A DNA stretch of 64,000 nucleotides from Cladosporium halotolerans. Taxonomy: Eukaryota. Below the pieces are notes generated by a model. The model saw only the letters and a list, made by a program, of their open reading frames with translations, was not told where the DNA came from and did no database searches. The position numbers and the translations under genes were made by a program. The stretch covers positions 248,001 to 312,000 of the forward strand of contig NW_027191476.1 in the NCBI RefSeq assembly GCF_011745625.1, given 5' to 3'. Below are positions 58,293 to 64,000 of the stretch, in pieces. Within the stretch, counting starts at the first letter, position 1; every line of letters begins with the position of its first letter.

Positions 58293-59006
58293 GACGAACT
58301 TTTGCAACGTGGATCTGTTTAGAGGCAGAGTCTTGGTTGTGGTGCTTAGACTTAGATGAAGGAAGGTACCTAGGGAGATTCTAAACTTCTGGACATGGTA
58401 GAAGGTGACAAACTGCTTTATAAAATACCTTGATCAACGCCAGGCCCATGGAATCTTACGTCTCGATCGATCATCTGTGGAAGGTCTAAGACGTAGGCAT
58501 GGTACGCCTGCTCGGTTGTTAGTCTACAAATGACGAAAGCCCAGTGAAAGCCTCGCTAGAGAAAGTATAATGGCGTTAACCAGACATGGTGCATTTTTAG
58601 CGAATTGAAGGTCATTTTCACGGAACAGCTACGCAACAAATGCTTGGAACGCGATGAGACCTAGAAGATCAACCAAGGATTAGGTATGCTGATACAATGC
58701 CAGTAGTGAAACTTTCGTTGATTAGGGGAGATACATCTGGTTTTGAACAGAAGTTGTATGGACTGGGAACTGAGGCGCAGTGTGGAGAGAGCCAAGCTCC
58801 GCGTGGCTCCGGAGCCCACTGCGCGTGCAACGTGGCGGAGAGCTCGCCTATAGACATTCTCACCGAGTCATGAAGGGCTGAGAGAACTCGCTTCATGATA
58901 TTGCATTCATTTGCGTAATCGTGGTGCTGGTGATGTACATATCACTACGGCCGCGCCTCGACCAGGCCTCCAAGGCGACCGCACCTGACCCTTCCGAAGC
59001 CTGCCT

Positions 59007-60241
59007 TCACTTGCCCTTAATAAGCTCGAGATATTGGCTAGCTAAGTCGGTGACCATAGCGTCGAGCGGCTTCAGCTTCATGCCAAAGGCCTTCTCAACC
59101 TTTGAAGAGTTGGACAAGCCAGGCTTAGACCTCTTCCTGCCGTCAGGCGACAATATCCCAGCCTTGACGGCTTCTGGGAACTTCTTCGCAGCGATCCTAG
59201 GAACGTCGTCCCAAATGATATCTGTGGCACAAGTCAGAACATGTTGAAGCGAATCCTGCGATAGGATGGCTTACCCTGGCTCAAGAAGCAGTTTTCGACA
59301 CCGTTCCTCGCCTTGATCTTGTTCCGGTCAAGGGCGTCAACGTGGACGCGAGCGACGTCGTCGACATGGATGGCCATTCCGGGCTCTGGCGGGTCGCTTC
59401 CATCCGAGCGACCGGTCATGAGGGCGAGGAAGACGGCGTTGGTGCCCTCGTACAACTGTGCAGCAGTTTTGGCGATCAGGTTGGGGCCGATCACGTACCT
59501 AGAAGAAGTGATGTGAGCTTATGTTCAACCATTGAGCAAGCCAACATCACAATGCTGGATGAGGGCCTTTCTCGCAATCCAGGAGCCTTCTCCGGAAGCA
59601 TCATTCCATAACATGAAAATGCGAGCGCAAACTTACGGTGGCATGACGTTGACGACGTCAAATGCGGGTTTCTGTTCTTTCATGAACTTGTCGGAGGCAT
59701 TGAGTGCCGCTACCTTGGAAGCGACGTAGGCCGCGAAAGCGGCTGGGAAAGGAGGCTGATCCTCTTGAACCCGGTCGTCGCCTGTGACAACACGACCCGA
59801 TGGTGGCGCCTCAGAGGGTAGGAGGATGGATGCCGAAATGATGGCCACGGCCGATGAAGTGATGACAACGCGTTTGACAGAGCTCGACTTTTTCGCAGCT
59901 TCGAGTGCACGCAGAGTTGCATTGACCGCCGGAACGATCAATTCGTCGTGCTGACGCTCCGGTGCGATGTCTCCATGAAGCGGAATAGGTGAGGCGAGGT
60001 GGATCATGGAGTCTGCTCCAGCAACCGCTTTGTCGAGAGCACCGGGAGAAAGAAGGTCGGGTACGACGACGAAGGTGGCCCTCTCGATGCCCTGAAGATG
60101 GGGATTGTCGCGAAGAGCCTGCGCCTTGCCATCACTGCGAACCACGATGCGGACTTCGTAGTCCCGCTTGAGCAGCAGTTGCAGTACGCGTGCGCCAATG
60201 AAGCCTGTGGCTCCAGTGATGACTACTGTTTCTTTGGCCAT
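59007..60241 (-). CDS. NAD(P)-dependent epimerase/dehydratase-family reductase (aldehyde reductase II / Gre2-like)
   Basis: ITGATGFIG, IHLASP, VKRVVITSS, catalytic YVASK, IHVDDVARVHV; introns 59499-59636 and 59222-59274. Confidence 0.9.
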
Positions 60242-61167
60242 GTTAAGGATATCTCGTAAGAGCAAGGCAATTGTTCAAATTGGTAAGCGTAGGTATGGAT
60301 TCTGTCAGATGCGACTTTTGAATATGACGGAAACGAACAGCTATTTATTCCTTTTTCCGCTGATGGCATCTGGCGACTAGAATAATGCCTCACATTCTCA
60401 GGTCATCAAGATGTATTCCTCGCGGCACTCAGTCAGCACGCATCGTCTTCGAGCTTTTGCATGGGCAATGCGCTTTTGACGGTATCCAATCCGATGCAAG
60501 AGTGGCTTGCTCCCCTGGAACATTCATACCAGAAATCGCGTGAGCAATTGCTGACGGAAGACAGAAGCTGTGCTTAGCAAGATTCTTGGGGCCAAGCTAA
60601 ATATTCCTAGCATCATGAGTGAAGTTCGAGCGTCTGGTCGCTGTATGCGAATGGCCAAGCTCCGGTTCGGAGATTAGTGATCATCACACCACAGCATCAA
60701 GATTTGGCCTGAGTATGAGGTGCAAGCCTGGATCGGATTGCCAATGCAGTCATCTTCCGAGGCTTGTTGCATTACTATTCATTGCCAAGGCATCTTACAA
60801 GGTGCGTGTTTGTGCGATCCGCAAGCATAGACAGCCCGGAGCTTTTTAGATGTGTTTCAGCACAACTGACCTGAGCCAGCCTCTATCCATGGGAATATCA
60901 GGACGTTCACTGCCCATGTTCATCGGCACCACTTATGCCGGACTGTAAACCATCGGCATCTAATTGTGTCGACGTTAATAGCAGCCTCGGCATGCCGTGC
61001 TTGCCTATAGAGAGCAACGTTGCTGCCGACCAAGAGCTTCGAGTGTTGTTTTCCGCTTTCGGGAACGCCGAAGCACTTCCAATTGTCTTAATTGCACTCA
61101 ATATTCCTCTCTCTATCTGAACCATCTGTATTCCTCTTATTGCCTGCTTTGCGATCAACCTATTGAA

Positions 61168-62459
61168 ATGGCCGTGGCTGAGACTCGCGCAACTCTCATC
61201 CGCAACCCTGAGTATGAGCGCAATGGGCTGAGGTCCTACAGCCATGCTGTGCAAAAGTGTCAGTTTTTGAATGCAACGAGTGCCAATACGGCCATTTCTG
61301 ACATTTGCACACAGACAACATCACCCCTACCCGCCCAGGTCAGGTTCCCTTAGAAGACGTCGAACACAACGCCTTGTACATCGCCGAAGTCGGAATTGGC
61401 ACGCCGCCACAGACACTGAAGCTCAACTTCGACACCGGATCCGCCGATACTTGGGTCTAGTGTACCCGGCTGCCGGCAGAGATCCTCAAGGCCAGAAGCC
61501 ACGCCTCATTCGATCCTTCGAAGAGTTCAACCTGGAAGGACACCGCGGGCACATGGAAGATCACCTACGGCGACAACAGTGAGGCAAGCGGCACAGTCGG
61601 CACGGACAACCTCACCGTCGGCGGCCTAGTAGTGAAAGACCAAGCGATCGAACTCGCCACAAACATTAGCCAAGCCTTCCTCGACAACAAAGGCGACGGC
61701 CTCCTCGGCCTCGCCTTCGGCTCCGCCAACGCCGTCAAACCCGGCCCCGTCACGACACCCGTCGAAAACATGATCCTGCAAGACGACATTCCGCCCTCAG
61801 CAGAGCTCTTCACCGCCTGGCTAGGCAACAGATCCGAGCAGAGCTTCTTCACCTTCGGCTACATCGACCGGCACGCGCTCGAAGGCAAAGAGCCCGTCTA
61901 CACGCCGATCGACACGAACGACGGCTTCTGGATGTTCGAGTCCAGCCTCGCGTCCATCAACGGCGGCTACTACGACCGCTCCGGCAACCGCGCTATCGCC
62001 GACACGGGCACGACGCTGTGCCTCGTCGGCGACGCCTTCTGCGAGAGAATCTACGGCGAGATCCCAGGCGCCACGTACAATGCCCAACAGCAGGGCTGGG
62101 TCTTCCCGACGACGACAGACCTCTCCACCCTCCCCACGGTCGCCTTCTCCATCGGCGACGGCCTCTTCCAGATCAAGCCGGGCGACTTTGCCTTCCAGGA
62201 TCTGCCCGACGGGACGACGTACGGCGGCATTCAGTCCCGCGGTAGTCAGGACTTTGACGTTTTGGGGTGCGTGTTCCTGCGCTGTGTGTATGCTATCTTC
62301 GATCAAGGGAAAGGCCGCTTTGGGTGCGTGCAGAGGGGCCTGCCCGCGATGCCGGTGCAGCCGACTCCGTCGACGGTTACGGCGACGGTGTCGTCGAAGA
62401 AGCCGAGGAAGAGGGCGAGGTTTCTGAGCTGCTGTTTGAAGGATGATGATTCGGATTAG
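61168..62459 (+). pseudogene. Pepsin-family (A1) aspartic protease without signal peptide, interrupted by one in-frame TAG (nonsense allele or recoded stop)
   Basis: Exon 61168-61258, intron 61259-61314, then [29 protein letters not shown] (TAG 61458-61460)...WKITYGD...DGLLGLAF...IADTGTTL...LGCVFLRCVYAIFD; no other lesion seen. Confidence 0.85.
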
Positions 62460-62772
62460 GGTGCAGTGGGTGAGGGGTGTGGCATCTTGCATAGACTCCT
62501 ATCAATGCTGTATGTGAATGTGTCTTTAATCCATTCCGGGTCGATTGTGGATGTTGTCGATGTCATGGTGCTAGTCCCGGGCAATCGATTCTTGGACCGG
62601 AGTTGGAATGATTTCCGCAACGACGGCAGCTTTGATCGGTGGAGCGGCTGTCGCGGACGTCAGGCCCATCAATTGACCGATAGTTCGTCCTCGCGCCTTG
62701 TCAAATCATCATGGCGGCATGTCGTTTGTGGACAAATTATTCCGGGATGAGGATATGGACACAGCATTCGGA

Positions 62773-62789
62773 ACCCCAACCCTAACCCT
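62773..62789 (-). repeat. Short interstitial telomere-like element, second copy of the MPP10-promoter 17-mer
   Basis: ACCCCAACCCTAACCCT, exact reverse complement of 23189-23205. Confidence 0.4.
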
Positions 62790-63228
62790 ACTTACACACT
62801 ACTCCTGGCAGATGCCCTTTCCTAGCTGAATCAGGACGTGGGTATGTGGACATATTCTTCTTTTTCAGTGTTGATGGAATGGAGATTTTTGATAAGAGGC
62901 AGTCAGACTCACGAACAATGTTCATTGTATATGTCAATCGTTGAAGGCATTCAAGTCAAGCTTGTCACCGTGTTTGCAGTGTCTCGCCCATGTCATTGGA
63001 TATATTCATCAGCACTGACCAGCCATCTTATTCGATGTGCATTACTGGATGCTGTAGCTCTCGAGGGCGAACTCATATTGTTCTAAGGGAAACCCTACTG
63101 CAGGAACTTCTGCGAACGATACGAGCTTGGGTATGAAGATCGAGGTCGTGTACGTGACGTCTCTCCAAAAAGGCTGAGTTTATGAACAGCACAAGCCTTC
63201 TGCCTTCCATCAAATCAGCAAACCATCA

Positions 63229-63319
63229 GGTTCAATGGTCTAGCGGTTACGATTCTCGCTTAGGGTCCACCCTGAGACACGATTGCGAGAGGTCCCCGGT
63301 TCGAGTCCGGGTTGAACCC
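63229..63319 (+). tRNA. tRNA-Pro (anticodon AGG) with an 18-nt intron
   Basis: Acceptor stem GGTTCAA/TTGAACC; A-box TGGTCTAGCGG; anticodon arm CTCGC-TT-AGG-G[intron 63266-63283]T-GCGAG; T-loop GGTTCGAGTCC; downstream T-tracts. Confidence 0.95.
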
Positions 63320-64000
63320 GATTCTTTTGTCTTTTGCTCCTCCCCAGCCTGCCGCGCTGCTCGACGATCATCATCTGGCTTGCAGCAGAGGGCTGTGCAG
63401 CTATCAATGGCCGTGCAGGGCTGATCAACGCCGCGGTCGCAGATAGCACGCAGATAGCGACGTCTGCGGCTCGCGTACGCTGCGTAGCACATTTATTATT
63501 CGCTGCACTGCTTTTTGCGCAACGGACACCGTTGCAAGCGAGCTGGCGTGAGCCACATGCATGTCATCACTCGAAAATAGACGAAAGGTTCATGGGTTCC
63601 CGGTCGTGGTTCGCAGCGCTGCAGGCTTCCTCGAATGCGGCAGGACACGTGAGTGTCTCACCGGGAAACATGCGAGCGGCGCCTGGGATTTGCTGTTTCG
63701 GCCACAGACGCACAAGCGGTCCGGCGACCACAGGATTCGCGTGGGCCTCCTGGCGGAGATTGACCAGCTGGGATGGCAGAGTTTGGTTCGCCCGCGAGAC
63801 ATGGGGGCGGCAGCTGTGGTGCTGCCGCTACCTTGTCGCAGCATGACGGCGAGGTGAACGTTCGTTCATGCGCTGCCGACCGACCACGCCGTCACGCCAC
63901 CGACGACCTCGCGTGGACTAATCGTGTTGCGGCATGGGAGACTACAGCGGCAGTGGACGGCTTCTCGACGGGCGGGCCCCAGTGTATTTCTGAAGATGCG

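Noticed and set aside
62660..62712. Minus-strand box C (ATGATGA) and box D (CTGA) pair near the telobox as a snoRNA
   Set aside because: The span is only about 53 nt, with no terminal stem and no recognisable rRNA guide.
1..64000. Transposons, CRISPR arrays, rRNA or a secondary-metabolite cluster
   Set aside because: No transposase/RT ORFs, LTRs or TIRs, AT-rich RIP blocks, spaced repeats or PKS/NRPS/terpene backbone genes were seen; the adenylate-forming enzyme is a stand-alone Pcs60.

Overview
Gene-dense, intron-containing genomic DNA of a filamentous ascomycete. Assignment to Dothideomycetes (Capnodiales/Mycosphaerellales-like) is an inference from gene style and lineage-typical families. 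The window holds about 30 protein-coding genes and one intron-containing tRNA-Pro(AGG). Core genes: GPI10, crzA/CRZ1, a TAG1-like vacuolar protein, ARG3/argB, ILV6, a KHDC4-like KH protein, MPP10, two mitochondrial carriers, an ENA Na+/K+ P-type ATPase, PCS60, a YCII protein, MAG1, QCR7, ALG11, COX18, a lipocalin and a GRE2-like reductase. Accessory genes: a NACHT/NLR-like gene with a short amyloid-like N-terminal motif, three dispersed SAP-like + F-box-like paralogues, and a tandem trio of small Cys/His proteins starting MCIxYxxEFW. The strongest candidate is an otherwise intact pepsin-family protease gene with one in-frame TAG at a conserved Trp. That A sits at the wobble-equivalent position of a 7-nt-loop hairpin resembling a tRNA anticodon arm, as expected for Tad2/Tad3-type A-to-I stop correction, though a plain nonsense allele is equally possible. 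Other signals: a Crz1-site cluster upstream of crzA, 9-codon uORFs before both carriers (one inside a long hairpin), a nested poison-exon-like intron in the KH gene, a GC-AG in-frame intron in ENA, and recurrent C-rich to G-rich skew switches. No transposon, rRNA or CRISPR array was seen. All calls come from reading the sequence and recalled family motifs; no database search was run.
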